DNA from: a virus | Taxonomy: Duplodnaviria; Caudoviricetes | Length of the DNA: 64,000 nt | Strand: one strand, 5' to 3' | IMG/VR virus record: IMGVR_UViG_3300027419_000027 | Location: 16,039 to 80,038 of that record | Part shown: piece after piece, positions 9,486 through 18,966 of the stretch | How the letters are laid out: each line of letters begins with the position of its first letter | Numbering within the stretch: the stretch's first letter is position 1 | The notes under the pieces: generated by a model | The model's input: the letters and a program-made list of their open reading frames with translations, nothing else | Databases searched by the model: none | What the model was told of the DNA's origin: nothing | Made by a program: the position numbers and the translations under genes

Positions 9486-9896
9486 GTGGCTATTCACGCA
9501 ATGCTGAACGATTTATCGCGGGCGTTTACCGAACCAGGGCCTGGCTACGTCAACGCCACGGCGACGGACGATGGATCCGGAACCGGGACACTCCGCGAGA
9601 ATCTGCTGGTCCAGTTCGTCGTTCCCAACTGGGACGGCGACGCCAACCACATCTTGGTTCTGCCGAGTCCGCTGCCTGGCAAGATCGTTATCATCGCCGG
9701 GGCGGCGACAGGTGGAGAATTGCGAACCACTTCGCCGACGACGGTCGGCATCAACGGTGGAACGGGAGCGGCCGCAGAGTCCGCCGTGGCGGCTAGCCAG
9801 ATGGTGGTTGCCATCTGCGAATCCACAACCAGTTGGAAGGCGTTCACCATCGCGTCCGATGGGACGACGGCTGGGCTGGAAGCGGCGGCAACGTAA
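9486..9896 (+). CDS. Virion decoration-like protein, paralog 1 of 3
   Basis: N-terminus HAMLNDLSRAF...PGPG is shared with the next two genes. Confidence 0.6.
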   Translation: MAIHAMLNDLSRAFTEPGPGYVNATATDDGSGTGTLRENLLVQFVVPNWDGDANHILVLPSPLPGKIVIIAGAATGGELRTTSPTTVGINGGTGAAAESAVAASQMVVAICESTTSWKAFTIASDGTTAGLEAAAT

Positions 9897-9958
9897 TGTG
9901 GTATGTAACCCAACCGGGTCTTGGGACTTCCCCGAACATAACTGAGAAGGAGTAGACA

Positions 9959-10366
9959 ATGGCTGGAGCACACAGAAGCCTGAACGATATGTTTCGCGCC
10001 TTCGGAACAGGTGGGCCTGGAAGGGTTCCAGATCCTGGCAGTGGTGGAACCATCCAATTTGAGTTGTGGGGCCAGGTCTGCTCCGTGAACACGACCGGGG
10101 GAGGGGCTCGCACGTTAGCACAGCCAAACAGGCCGGGGCTTCTCGCAACAGTGGAGCTTGATGTCGACGGTGGCGATATGACTCTCACCGTAACCGGCGG
10201 GTACAACCAGCCGGGCCATACCACGATCACGATGGACGATGCCGGCGACTTCGCGACGTTCATGTCTGTTGAAATCGGCGGCTCGTATTACTGGCGACAA
10301 GTCGGCAAGGAAAGAAAACTGGTCGTTACTTCCAGCACGCCATCCAGTTCGCCTTCGGCGTCGTAA
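9959..10366 (+). CDS. Virion decoration-like protein, paralog 2, short Ser-rich tail
   Basis: HRSLNDMFRAF...GPGR; ends TSSTPSSSPSAS. Confidence 0.65.
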   Translation: MAGAHRSLNDMFRAFGTGGPGRVPDPGSGGTIQFELWGQVCSVNTTGGGARTLAQPNRPGLLATVELDVDGGDMTLTVTGGYNQPGHTTITMDDAGDFATFMSVEIGGSYYWRQVGKERKLVVTSSTPSSSPSAS

Positions 10367-10422
10367 GAAGCACTTTATCCTTTCGGGCCAAGGGGCCTTT
10401 CACTTTTGCAAGGAGCAGATCA

Positions 10423-10983
10423 ATGTCTGCACACAGAACTCTGAAAGACATGTACCGAGCTTTCGAGGCAACGGGACCGGGCAGACTTGCCGATCCTGGA
10501 GATACCGAGACAATCACGGTAACCATGTATGGGCAAATCTGCTCCGTTGTGACGGCAACGACAGAAACCCGCACGTTGGCCCAGCCGGACAGGCCGGGAA
10601 TTATTGCTACCGTCTGCTTGGCTGAAGACGGTGGCGATCTGACTCTCACCGTTACCGGAGGGTACAACCAGGACGCCGACACGGTGATGACATTTGCCGA
10701 CGCTGGCGACTTCGTGACGTTCATCTCGATCGAGGTGGGCACCAGCTACTACTGGCGCGTGTTTGCTCCAGCAGAGGAATTGGTCATTCCGTCGGCTTCG
10801 GCGTCGAACACGCCGTCGTCTTCTGTGTCGAACACTCCGTCGACTTCTCCGTCGGCATCTGTATCGAACACGCCGTCTGCTTCGGTATCGAACACGGTGT
10901 CGCGTACTCCGTCTGCTTCGGTATCGAACACTCCGTCCGCGTCTATATCGAACACCCCGTCTACTTCGCCTTCGGCAACGTAA
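10423..10983 (+). CDS. Virion decoration-like protein, paralog 3, long Ser/Thr/Pro tail
   Basis: Clearly alignable with 9959-10366 (RTLAQP.RPG, LTVTGGYNQ). Tail of (S)VSNTPS repeats ending SPSAT. Confidence 0.7.
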   Translation: MSAHRTLKDMYRAFEATGPGRLADPGDTETITVTMYGQICSVVTATTETRTLAQPDRPGIIATVCLAEDGGDLTLTVTGGYNQDADTVMTFADAGDFVTFISIEVGTSYYWRVFAPAEELVIPSASASNTPSSSVSNTPSTSPSASVSNTPSASVSNTVSRTPSASVSNTPSASISNTPSTSPSAT

Positions 10984-10994
10984 GGACGTTTGCT

Positions 10995-11714
10995 ATGTCC
11001 GACCTGACAGTTCTCTACCTAACAGCGAATAGGATGCCCCAGCGTTGGGTCGACTTCCATCTGGAACATCTGTTGGCGGCAGTTGGCGACTATCCGCTAA
11101 TTACTGTCTCGTCGAAGCGAATGGACCTTGGAGTAGGAGAAACCAACATCATTCAGGATATCCCCTACGGAGGCTGGAGCACGTTCTGCATGTGGAATCG
11201 TGCGGCGAAGTTGGCCGACACGCCATTCGTAGCGATAGCCGAGGATGATTCTCTGTATCCAAGGGAACACTTTGCGACATTCCGTCCGAAAATGGACGAA
11301 GTCGCGTACAACATGGCCCGCTGGACGGTGATGAGTTGGCATGACCGTCCTAGCTTCTCGCTTATCAGGCGCCTGGGCGGATTCACGATGATCTGTCCGC
11401 GAAAACTATTGATCGAAGCGTTGGAAGAACGGGAAGCCAAGTATCCAGACGGACATTACCGACCTGGAGAAATCGGCAGACCGGACAGCGATAGGCGAAT
11501 GCGGGTCACTCCCCGCAAACATGTGGAGTGGTGGTCGAAAACGCCTGTCATAAACCTAGCCCATACTGTGGGCGTTTCTCCGACGTACATAGGCGTTCGA
11601 GGACATCGACGCAAGGAAGGCGAATTGAAGGCGTTTGACGTACCGTACTGGGGGAAAGCCGCGGACATAGCGGCAGTATTCAACAGCGGATTGGCGGAAG
11701 AAGCGAATGTCTGA
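10995..11714 (+). CDS. GT-A fold glycosyltransferase-like protein
   Basis: N-terminal beta strand LTVLYLT; FVAIAEDDSLY DxD-type motif. Confidence 0.6.
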   Translation: MSDLTVLYLTANRMPQRWVDFHLEHLLAAVGDYPLITVSSKRMDLGVGETNIIQDIPYGGWSTFCMWNRAAKLADTPFVAIAEDDSLYPREHFATFRPKMDEVAYNMARWTVMSWHDRPSFSLIRRLGGFTMICPRKLLIEALEEREAKYPDGHYRPGEIGRPDSDRRMRVTPRKHVEWWSKTPVINLAHTVGVSPTYIGVRGHRRKEGELKAFDVPYWGKAADIAAVFNSGLAEEANV

Positions 11715-12324
11715 TTTTCTCGCAATCCTAGAGCAGCATTGCCACTACTACGGACAAACCGACAGCCTTCCATTTGGGGTGAGGCCACGGCGCCGGAATC
11801 AGCACGGACGTACCATTCTGGCGCGTATCTTACGGGACATGGGATTTCGGGAAGGTGTGGAGGTAGGCACTGAGCGTGGGACGTCCGCCATGCTCTGGTG
11901 CGAAACGAATCCACTTCTGCACTTGACATGCGTTGATCCGTACGGGGTCTATCGCGCAAGGCAGTCGCAGGAAAAACAGGACGCTGTCTATGCTCTCGCC
12001 CAGGAAAACCTGAAGCCGTTCAACGCAACGATTCTTCGGGAACCAAGTTTGGAAGCAGTCACGCATTTCGCAGACGGATCGTTGGATTTCGTCCACATTG
12101 ACGGAAATCACGAGTTCGATGCGTGCATGATGGACATCATCCATTGGGTGCCGAAAGTGCGGGAGGGCGGCCTAATTCTGATCCATGACTATTGCAACTT
12201 CTATCGAGGAGGTGTGGTTCAGGCCGTGGATGCGTATGTGAGTGGACACGCCATCCGGTCATGGTTCGTGACGCACGATGCGCCGGCAACTGCTTTCTGG
12301 CAGAAAGGCGTGGAGTTGATATGA
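11707..12324 (+). CDS. Class I SAM-dependent methyltransferase (Methyltransf_24-like)
   Basis: GVEVGTERG, CVDPY, LDFVHIDGNH, GGLILIHDY. Confidence 0.85.
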   Translation: MSDFLAILEQHCHYYGQTDSLPFGVRPRRRNQHGRTILARILRDMGFREGVEVGTERGTSAMLWCETNPLLHLTCVDPYGVYRARQSQEKQDAVYALAQENLKPFNATILREPSLEAVTHFADGSLDFVHIDGNHEFDACMMDIIHWVPKVREGGLILIHDYCNFYRGGVVQAVDAYVSGHAIRSWFVTHDAPATAFWQKGVELI

Positions 12325-13139
12325 ACGTCTCCATTTGCATGGCGAGCTTCAACAGAGACCCGAAGGTTCTCGATGCGGTGCTCAATAGCATTTGTTCGCA
12401 GACATGCCACTTTCCGGTCGAAGTGGTCGTTGCAGACGACGGAAGCGAGTTTGGGGCACCGGACGTGTGCGGGAACTATCCGGTGGAGTATCGAAGGATC
12501 GACAGGGAACCGGCCGTGCGAAACCCGAGCGTGGCACGCAACATTGCCTATCGCCAGGCTTCCGGCGACATCATTATCGCGCAGTCTGACGATGTGGTCC
12601 ATGAAGACGGAGCCGTCGCTGAGCTGGTCGAACTGTTGGAGAACAATTCCTCTTCATTCGTTATCGCCACAGTCCTTGGGTGCGATAGAAACGGTATTCC
12701 GGAAGAGGTGTATACGGGCGAATGGAACGGCCAGTTGAGACATCTTCCGCTGTTTTTCCTTGGTGCGCTATGGAAAAGCGACCTCTACGCCATCGGAGGA
12801 AACGATGAGGAGTTTGCCGTTTGCGGAGGAAATGGAGGGCAGGAAGACAAGTGGTTTGCCAGGTGTTTGATCGATGGACGTGGATTGTCTCCGGTTTACG
12901 CGGAGAACGTAGTTGGCTACCACATGGCGCATGACAGGCCGTCGGAGCGATCTGCCAAGCACACCAACATGAAACTGTATCACCAAAAACTAGAACGAGC
13001 GATGAACACTGGTGTGTGGTGTTCCTCGAGCGGGCCTTGGAGGGAATACGATGGGGCGACTTCGGTTGGCGCCGTTTCGCGGCAGTCACTTGCCTTTGCT
13101 GATGCAGGCCGTGGCGAAAACCACCGGTCCGATCCTTGA
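12321..13139 (+). CDS. GT2 glycosyltransferase
   Basis: VSICMASFNR, VVVADDGS, IIIAQSDD, IGGNDEEF...GQEDKW. Start reassigned to the ATG overlapping the previous stop. Confidence 0.85.
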   Translation: MNVSICMASFNRDPKVLDAVLNSICSQTCHFPVEVVVADDGSEFGAPDVCGNYPVEYRRIDREPAVRNPSVARNIAYRQASGDIIIAQSDDVVHEDGAVAELVELLENNSSSFVIATVLGCDRNGIPEEVYTGEWNGQLRHLPLFFLGALWKSDLYAIGGNDEEFAVCGGNGGQEDKWFARCLIDGRGLSPVYAENVVGYHMAHDRPSERSAKHTNMKLYHQKLERAMNTGVWCSSSGPWREYDGATSVGAVSRQSLAFADAGRGENHRSDP

Positions 13140-13566
13140 ATTGGGTTGTGGTTTGTACTCGACCACGCCGCTTCACTGGGCCTGCTTCGTCCCCAAGCGG
13201 AAGCTGGTGACGTACGAGAACAACGAAGAATACTTCGACTTCCTGAAAGCGTACGCGACCGATTTCCACGAGGTTAATTGCGTTTCCGACTGGGATTCGA
13301 TTGACATTGCCGGTCCCTGGTCGGTGGCGTTTGTCGATCACGAGCCGTGCCATCCAGGCGAACGTGACAGGCGCTTTCGTGAAGTCCAGCGACTCGGACA
13401 CGCGGAATACGTGGTCGTTCACGATACGGAGCGCAGGAACGAGCAGAGACACCGGATAAGCGAGATGAATGCTCTGTTCAAATACCGGTTCTGGTTCCGC
13501 GATGCACGACCAAACACGACGGTTTTCAGCAACGTCCACGATCTGAACGGTTTTTTGGACCCATGA
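13051..13566 (+). CDS. SAM methyltransferase-fold protein
   Basis: SHLPLL...GPILELGCGLYST, VAFVDH, YVVVHDT. GGAGG SD upstream of ATG 13051. Confidence 0.6.
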   Translation: MGRLRLAPFRGSHLPLLMQAVAKTTGPILELGCGLYSTTPLHWACFVPKRKLVTYENNEEYFDFLKAYATDFHEVNCVSDWDSIDIAGPWSVAFVDHEPCHPGERDRRFREVQRLGHAEYVVVHDTERRNEQRHRISEMNALFKYRFWFRDARPNTTVFSNVHDLNGFLDP

Positions 13567-14312
13567 TTCAAGTCAGCTTGATTATTCCTGTTCTGAACAG
13601 CCATGAGATCGTGCGGAGGCAGATTCTGCATTGGGAGCGGATGAATCTTCCAGATGACGTCGAGATCATCCTCATGGATGACGGCAGCGCTCCTCCGTTG
13701 AAGTTTGACACGAACGTATGCAGGATCGTCCCAACCAACGAAACACGCCCGTGGACAAGTTCTGTTGCCAGAAACAAGGGAGCGAAGATTTCCACTGGCC
13801 GGAATCTTCTGATGGTCGACGTGGACTACATCATCCCCAAGAGCGTCATCATGGAGGTGCGAGAATTCACCGGCCAGAAGATGCAGTTCTCCCGTGAATT
13901 CGGCGTACTGGACGAAAACGGCAACTTCACCCAGGACAAGGACACGCTCCTGGCTTACGGGCTCCTGCCGGATCGCTACGCGAAGCGAGGAACTCGGGTT
14001 CCGTTCCACCCGAACACCTTCGCCATGAACCGGGACGTGTTCTTCGAGATCGGAGGATACGACGAAGGTCTTGTGTTCCGCAGGCAGTATCCGCAGGGAG
14101 AAGACAATCTATTCAAGCGCCGCTGGTGGCAATGGGAAGCAGCCGGGAAGGGCCAGGTACACCAGCATCAGCCGAAAATCTACATGTTTCCCTGTGGCCA
14201 GTTCTGCGGTGACGTTGACTACAACCCGCATGGACTGTTTCACGACTTGAGCCGCAAGACAAGAACCAACGTATTCTGGCACCGTCAATTACGCCGCGAG
14301 GTACAGAAATGA
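13563..14312 (+). CDS. GT2 glycosyltransferase
   Basis: VSLIIPVLNS, IILMDDGS, ARNKGA, LLMVDVD, IGGYDE...GED. Confidence 0.9.
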   Translation: MIQVSLIIPVLNSHEIVRRQILHWERMNLPDDVEIILMDDGSAPPLKFDTNVCRIVPTNETRPWTSSVARNKGAKISTGRNLLMVDVDYIIPKSVIMEVREFTGQKMQFSREFGVLDENGNFTQDKDTLLAYGLLPDRYAKRGTRVPFHPNTFAMNRDVFFEIGGYDEGLVFRRQYPQGEDNLFKRRWWQWEAAGKGQVHQHQPKIYMFPCGQFCGDVDYNPHGLFHDLSRKTRTNVFWHRQLRREVQK

Positions 14313-15553
14313 CGATCTGTCTGGTGCGATGTCCGTCTACGTTTCTGATTGATGAGCGTGCATTTCCTCCGCTCGGACTGATGGCTGTAGGCGCCGCACT
14401 CAAGCGGGACGGTCACGATGTTGTACTCTACGATGGAGAACTCGAGCAACTTCCATTGGACTATGAGTATTACGGATTCGGCCCAACGAGCCCCGAGTAT
14501 CCTTCGGCGGTGGAATGTTTGACCAGGATCAGATATGCGAATCCAAAAGCCCGAGTTGTGATTGGAGGCCCTCACGCCACCCTGGTTCCTTTCGATCCAT
14601 GGGAAAGTGGATTTGACTGCACGGTCGTTGGAGACGGCGAGAACGTCGCGTCTGAGGCGTTCTTCGGGACAGAAACCATCATCTACGCAGAGAACTTGCC
14701 GCTGGACGAGTACCCGATTCCCGACAGAACATTGGTGGACCTGACAAGCTACCACTTTCGTCTGCATGATAGGCCGGCCACCACGGTCATGGGGTCTCGC
14801 GGGTGCCCTTGGAAATGTGCGTTCTGCTGCAAGAACCATACTGGCGTTCGCTTGAACAGCGCTGAACGGCTGATCGAAGAGATTGGGATGCTGCATGATG
14901 ACTTCGGCTACAAGGCAATAGCGTTCCCGGAGGACATCTTCACTCTCAACAAGCAGCGAACGATTGAGGTGTGCAGGTTTCTCAAGAGAAAAGGTATCAT
15001 CTGGCGATGCCTGGTGAGGGCCGATCTGGTCATCAAATACGGAGCGGACTTCCTTGACATGATGGTTGATTCCGGATGTATCGGGGTTGGAATGGGAATC
15101 GAGTCCGGCTCTGACACGATCCTGAAAAACATCCACAAGTCCGAAACGACAGCTCAGATGCGGGAGGCCATTACGCTGCTGCGAAGCCGTGGAATCTTCA
15201 TCAAGGCATTCTTCATCGTCGGCCTGCCTGGCGAGAGTGAGGAGACGTTAGCGGAGACAGAGCAGTTTCTGCAATGGGCGAAGTTTGACGACATTGACGC
15301 GAAGATATTTCACCCGTACCCAGGAAGCCCGATCTACGCCAACAAGGACAAGTACGACATCGAGTGGGATTCTGTTCCGCTGGAATACGCATTCTACAAA
15401 GGGCGTCCCGGTGAGTATTACGGCAATATCCGCACGTCGTCGTTGACCAATCAGCAGATCGTCGACGCGTGGAAGTATTTCGAGGAAACCTACAAGGATT
15501 GGACTTTTGCCATCGAAGGAACGATGGTGGCTGGTGATTCCGATGATCAGTGA
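14309..15553 (+). CDS. B12-binding-domain radical SAM protein (class B methyltransferase-like)
   Basis: PPLGL...GGPHAT cobalamin-binding domain, SRGCPWKCAFC (CxxxCxxC), GIESGS, FFIVGLPGE. Confidence 0.9.
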   Translation: MTICLVRCPSTFLIDERAFPPLGLMAVGAALKRDGHDVVLYDGELEQLPLDYEYYGFGPTSPEYPSAVECLTRIRYANPKARVVIGGPHATLVPFDPWESGFDCTVVGDGENVASEAFFGTETIIYAENLPLDEYPIPDRTLVDLTSYHFRLHDRPATTVMGSRGCPWKCAFCCKNHTGVRLNSAERLIEEIGMLHDDFGYKAIAFPEDIFTLNKQRTIEVCRFLKRKGIIWRCLVRADLVIKYGADFLDMMVDSGCIGVGMGIESGSDTILKNIHKSETTAQMREAITLLRSRGIFIKAFFIVGLPGESEETLAETEQFLQWAKFDDIDAKIFHPYPGSPIYANKDKYDIEWDSVPLEYAFYKGRPGEYYGNIRTSSLTNQQIVDAWKYFEETYKDWTFAIEGTMVAGDSDDQ

Positions 15554-16181
15554 CTACGTTATTTCACGCGACCGGTATCTGCTCATGGCCGACCAGCATC
15601 GGCCACTGTGGGCGGCGCTGCATAGGTTCGTCTACTCCAACAAGGTGCAGACGTTGATGGAAGCGGGATGCGGAGTGGCAGAACTGTCCCATGTGGTGGA
15701 CGAGTACGTCGGAATTGACGTGAATGTCAGCGTCTTGAAGGAGAACGAACACTTCTACAGCAAGCGATCAGTCTGGATCAACGACGATTGGCGCAACGTA
15801 GACGTAAGGTCCAAGCCTGTCGATATGTTCCTGGCGGCCGGCACGATCGAGCGTTGTGATTCATGTGAGACGTTCCTGTCGCATGTTCTGGATATTCCCC
15901 GATTGAAATATGCTGTTGTGACGTTTCATAAAGGATTACGACACGAGGCATCGCCACGAACAGGGCGCGAGGGCTGGTTCAATAACTACATAAGCGAGTC
16001 GGAAGTCACGCACTGGTTGGAATCGAACGTGCAAACTCACTGGTGGTTGTGCAATCTGCCACATTCACGGTCGCCACGGTGGAGGAGTAAGCAGTGGGAT
16101 ACTGTACTGGTCGTCGATTGGACAAAACAAGCACAATTGGATATGTGGCAACCTAGGGTAGGGCATAATGTCACGAGCTAA
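15543..16181 (+). CDS. Class I SAM methyltransferase-like protein
   Basis: LMEAGCG...YVGIDVN motifs I and II. Confidence 0.6.
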   Translation: MISDYVISRDRYLLMADQHRPLWAALHRFVYSNKVQTLMEAGCGVAELSHVVDEYVGIDVNVSVLKENEHFYSKRSVWINDDWRNVDVRSKPVDMFLAAGTIERCDSCETFLSHVLDIPRLKYAVVTFHKGLRHEASPRTGREGWFNNYISESEVTHWLESNVQTHWWLCNLPHSRSPRWRSKQWDTVLVVDWTKQAQLDMWQPRVGHNVTS

Positions 16182-17163
16182 GTTACTGAGTGTCGTTGTT
16201 CCAGGCAGGAACGAGCAGTTCATGCGGCATACCGTGGACGATGTTCTCGCACACAGTTGCGAGGATACAGAGGTCATTGCCGTCTGCGATGGAGCGTGGC
16301 CGGATCCGCCACTGCAAGATCATCCGCGACTTCAAGTGCTCCACTTTACCGAGCCTGTAGGTCAGAGAGCAGCGACCAATGCCGGGGCGAGGTTAAGCAG
16401 TGCCAAATACATCATGAAGATGGATGCCCACTGTTCCACGGACGAAGGATTCGATGTCAAGCTGTTCGCGAAGATGCAACCGGATTGGACGATGATTCCG
16501 GCAATGCACAGGCTTCACGTATTCGACTGGGGATGCAGCGGTTGCGGCGAGCGGACGTATCAGGGGTCGAAACCGGCCAAGTGCGAGGAGTGCGGCGGGG
16601 AAGAATTCTACATGCACATGGTCTGGCAACCGCGGTTCCAGTACGACCCGACCGTGACGTGGTTGTTCGACTCCAGTCTCCACTTTCAGTATTTCAGACA
16701 GTACAAGAAGCGGGAGGAATTTAAGGCGCAGGAGCCGACTGGCCTGGCAGATACGATGAGTTGCATCGGATGTTGTTTCATGATGGACCGAGAGCGTTTC
16801 TGGAAACTTGGAGGAATGTCGGAAGAGCACGGAAGTTGGGGGCAGATGGGAACGGAAATCTCAGGGAAGACATGGCTTTCCGGTGGAAAGATGGTCACGT
16901 GTCTCGACACCTGGGTAGCTCACCTGTTTAGAACTGGCAACTTCGGACAGAACGGTGAATCGTCTTGGCCCTATCCAATTTCACAGAGGGACATTGACAA
17001 AGCCCGGCGTGTGTCACGCGACATCTGGTTGAAGAACGCCTGGCCGGGGCAGACGCGGCCTCTGTCGTGGCTCGTCGATAAGTTCTGGCCCGTGCCGGGG
17101 TGGTCAGATGCCGACCTCAGGAAGCTGAAGGAGAGCGAACGTGGTTTCGTTGCAGCGGTGTAG
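16168..17163 (+). CDS. GT2 glycosyltransferase with Zn-ribbon insertion
   Basis: LSVVVPGRNE, VIAVCDG, YIMKMDAH, CSGC...CEEC, LGGMSEEHGSWG. Confidence 0.8.
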   Translation: MSRAKLLSVVVPGRNEQFMRHTVDDVLAHSCEDTEVIAVCDGAWPDPPLQDHPRLQVLHFTEPVGQRAATNAGARLSSAKYIMKMDAHCSTDEGFDVKLFAKMQPDWTMIPAMHRLHVFDWGCSGCGERTYQGSKPAKCEECGGEEFYMHMVWQPRFQYDPTVTWLFDSSLHFQYFRQYKKREEFKAQEPTGLADTMSCIGCCFMMDRERFWKLGGMSEEHGSWGQMGTEISGKTWLSGGKMVTCLDTWVAHLFRTGNFGQNGESSWPYPISQRDIDKARRVSRDIWLKNAWPGQTRPLSWLVDKFWPVPGWSDADLRKLKESERGFVAAV

Positions 17164-17767
17164 TCAGTGTGCGTTCGACAGACCACCCCATGCGAAGGCG
17201 CTGGGCGAGGGTTTTTCCGGAGATACCAAGCGTTTCCGCCCAGTCGGGAATGCTTTGGGTGACGCCGTTAAATGTCAGCAATCGATTGCGACTGGTGTTG
17301 CAGGCCTGCTCTCGTCTGGTGGCCCATCGGCAGTTGTTTTTCGAGTAGCCGAGATCGTTCTTCACTCTCTCAATCGTGTGCTTAGGCGTAGGTCTTTGCC
17401 CCATGTCGCGGTAGAACGTCGCAAACGACTCCCACTCCACACATACGTCAATTCCACGTCCTCCGTAACGAGCGTAGTTCTTGTCGGCTTGACTTCTGCA
17501 TCGAGAACGCATCCGCTTCCAGACAATGTACTCTGGGCAGTTGCCCTTGCCGTGCGTTTTGTTCCGGCATCGGACGCAGGAAGTGCTTCGCCCGAGCCGC
17601 AGTTCCTTGCCATCGACAACCGCTTTGGTTCCACAGTCGCAGATGCATGTCCAATAGCGGCGGGAGTTACGAGGAGCCGCTTCCTGAAGGACTGTCCACT
17701 GACTGAAGGAAATGCCAGTCAAGTCTGTGCGGCTGGACAATCTCTGGATAGAATCATGAGAAGCCAT
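17117..17767 (-). CDS. Free-standing HNH-type homing endonuclease
   Basis: WTCICDCG...GRSTSC, YGGRGI.VC.EW.SF..FY.DMG.RP, TIERVKNDLGYSKNNCRWAT. GAAGGAG SD before ATG 17767. Confidence 0.85.
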   Translation of the reverse strand: MASHDSIQRLSSRTDLTGISFSQWTVLQEAAPRNSRRYWTCICDCGTKAVVDGKELRLGRSTSCVRCRNKTHGKGNCPEYIVWKRMRSRCRSQADKNYARYGGRGIDVCVEWESFATFYRDMGQRPTPKHTIERVKNDLGYSKNNCRWATRREQACNTSRNRLLTFNGVTQSIPDWAETLGISGKTLAQRLRMGWSVERTLTTPLQRNHVRSPSAS

Positions 17768-17798
17768 TCGAGTCTCCTTCACAGATTCGGATTGGTTA

Positions 17799-17832
17799 GA
17801 GCAGCCAAGGCGTTCCAGCGCCTCGGCTGCTC
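17799..17832 (-). promoter_or_regulatory. Strong stem-loop in the HNH gene leader
   Basis: GAGCAGCC(A)AGGCG-TTCCAG-CGCCT(C)GGCTGCTC. Confidence 0.7.
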
Positions 17833-17834
17833 GC

Positions 17835-17863
17835 ATTATATCACATGTGGGATGGGGGGTCTA
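17835..17863 (-). promoter_or_regulatory. Sigma70-type promoter for the HNH gene
   Basis: Minus strand TAGACC-N17-TATAAT with a TG extension (TGaTATAAT). Confidence 0.65.
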
Positions 17864-17867
17864 TTCC

Positions 17868-18962
17868 ATGCCGAGTAGCACACCTTACCAAATAGAATTC
17901 CCTCGTCTTGGGGTTGTCAGACGATTTGGTCACAGAGCAACTGCGCAGAGTGGCGAGCACGGAAGCCCTTACTCAATAAACGTCCGTCTTAAAGATTCTC
18001 TCACGGGCAGGCTGCGGGGCGGCTCTTTCACAGCTATTGGACTGCCAGTAAAATCCGACCCTGTTTACCGCGATCGGGCGATTTCATTTTCAGGCAATAT
18101 CATAACGGCAGCCAGGCAGGGCAATTCGTCAGACACCGCCCTGAGCACGGATATATCCGATACACGTCGCCCGATCATCTTTCCGCTTTCCCTGGCCGGC
18201 GTCGTGGGTGGGACTGTCGTGGCGGTAGTTCCGCACAAGGATGCGTACCTACTTTGTTTCACCGCAACAGAAATCTGGGTTCTGGCTGGCGATCCAACGA
18301 CGGGCGGGTTGCGTCGTGTTTCGGACCAAGTTGGAATCGTCGGAGTCAATGCGTGGTGCGTTGCCCACGATACTGTTTACTTCCTATCGCAGTACGGACT
18401 GTACGCCGTTGGAGCGGACGGAAGCGGCCTGAAGCCGCTTTCTGAAGACCGAGTGCCTGAAGAACTCACCGATACGATTGATACCACGGCGATTCTGGAC
18501 TACTACCATCTCGACCGAGGCGTCTACATTCACCTGACGAAAGCTCCGTCGTGGTTTTATGACACCGAGCATGGCGGCTTTTGGCCATTTGGGGGAAGCA
18601 CACAGCAAAGCCACCTCCTGCTGGGTCCGTTCCACGTCGGGGAAGAGAATTCCTACGGTCGGATTCAAAACCTGCAAGGGAACATGGCTGCCGGAAGCGA
18701 TGATGTCACTTGGCGGATCGTCACCGGGCTCACTGCGGAAGAGGCTGCGGCAAACGGGAAAGCCGCTATTGCGGCGGCTGTGGCAGGCAACAGCTATTCA
18801 AGCTACGTCGCGGCAAGCGGAACCTGGAGTGCGGGCAGGTCGCACATGTCCTATCCCAGAACCCGTGCGATCTGGTGCTGTTTCTGGTTATCTGTCGAGT
18901 CTGGCGACTGGGCATACGAAGCTATGGCCATGACTCGTATGCCATCTGGTAAGTGGAGATGA
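17868..18962 (+). CDS. Tail nozzle / packaged-DNA stabilisation-like beta-propeller protein (short form)
   Basis: LLCFTATEIWVLAGDP, VGIVGVNAW, VYFLSQYGLY blades resemble P22 gp10/T7 gp12-type proteins. Confidence 0.55.
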   Translation: MPSSTPYQIEFPRLGVVRRFGHRATAQSGEHGSPYSINVRLKDSLTGRLRGGSFTAIGLPVKSDPVYRDRAISFSGNIITAARQGNSSDTALSTDISDTRRPIIFPLSLAGVVGGTVVAVVPHKDAYLLCFTATEIWVLAGDPTTGGLRRVSDQVGIVGVNAWCVAHDTVYFLSQYGLYAVGADGSGLKPLSEDRVPEELTDTIDTTAILDYYHLDRGVYIHLTKAPSWFYDTEHGGFWPFGGSTQQSHLLLGPFHVGEENSYGRIQNLQGNMAAGSDDVTWRIVTGLTAEEAAANGKAAIAAAVAGNSYSSYVAASGTWSAGRSHMSYPRTRAIWCCFWLSVESGDWAYEAMAMTRMPSGKWR

Positions 18963-18966
18963 AACG

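Noticed and set aside
13051-13139. 89-bp overlap between the GT2 gene and the methyltransferase-like gene
   Set aside because: The non-conserved-looking GT tail is a simple run-on; no evidence of a functional dual-coding region.
17180-17862. Imperfect inverted repeat (agacc(a)ccccat) around the HNH gene as transposon ends
   Set aside because: Only 11-12 bp and imperfect. The left copy lies inside the HNH coding sequence, and there is no transposase or TSD.
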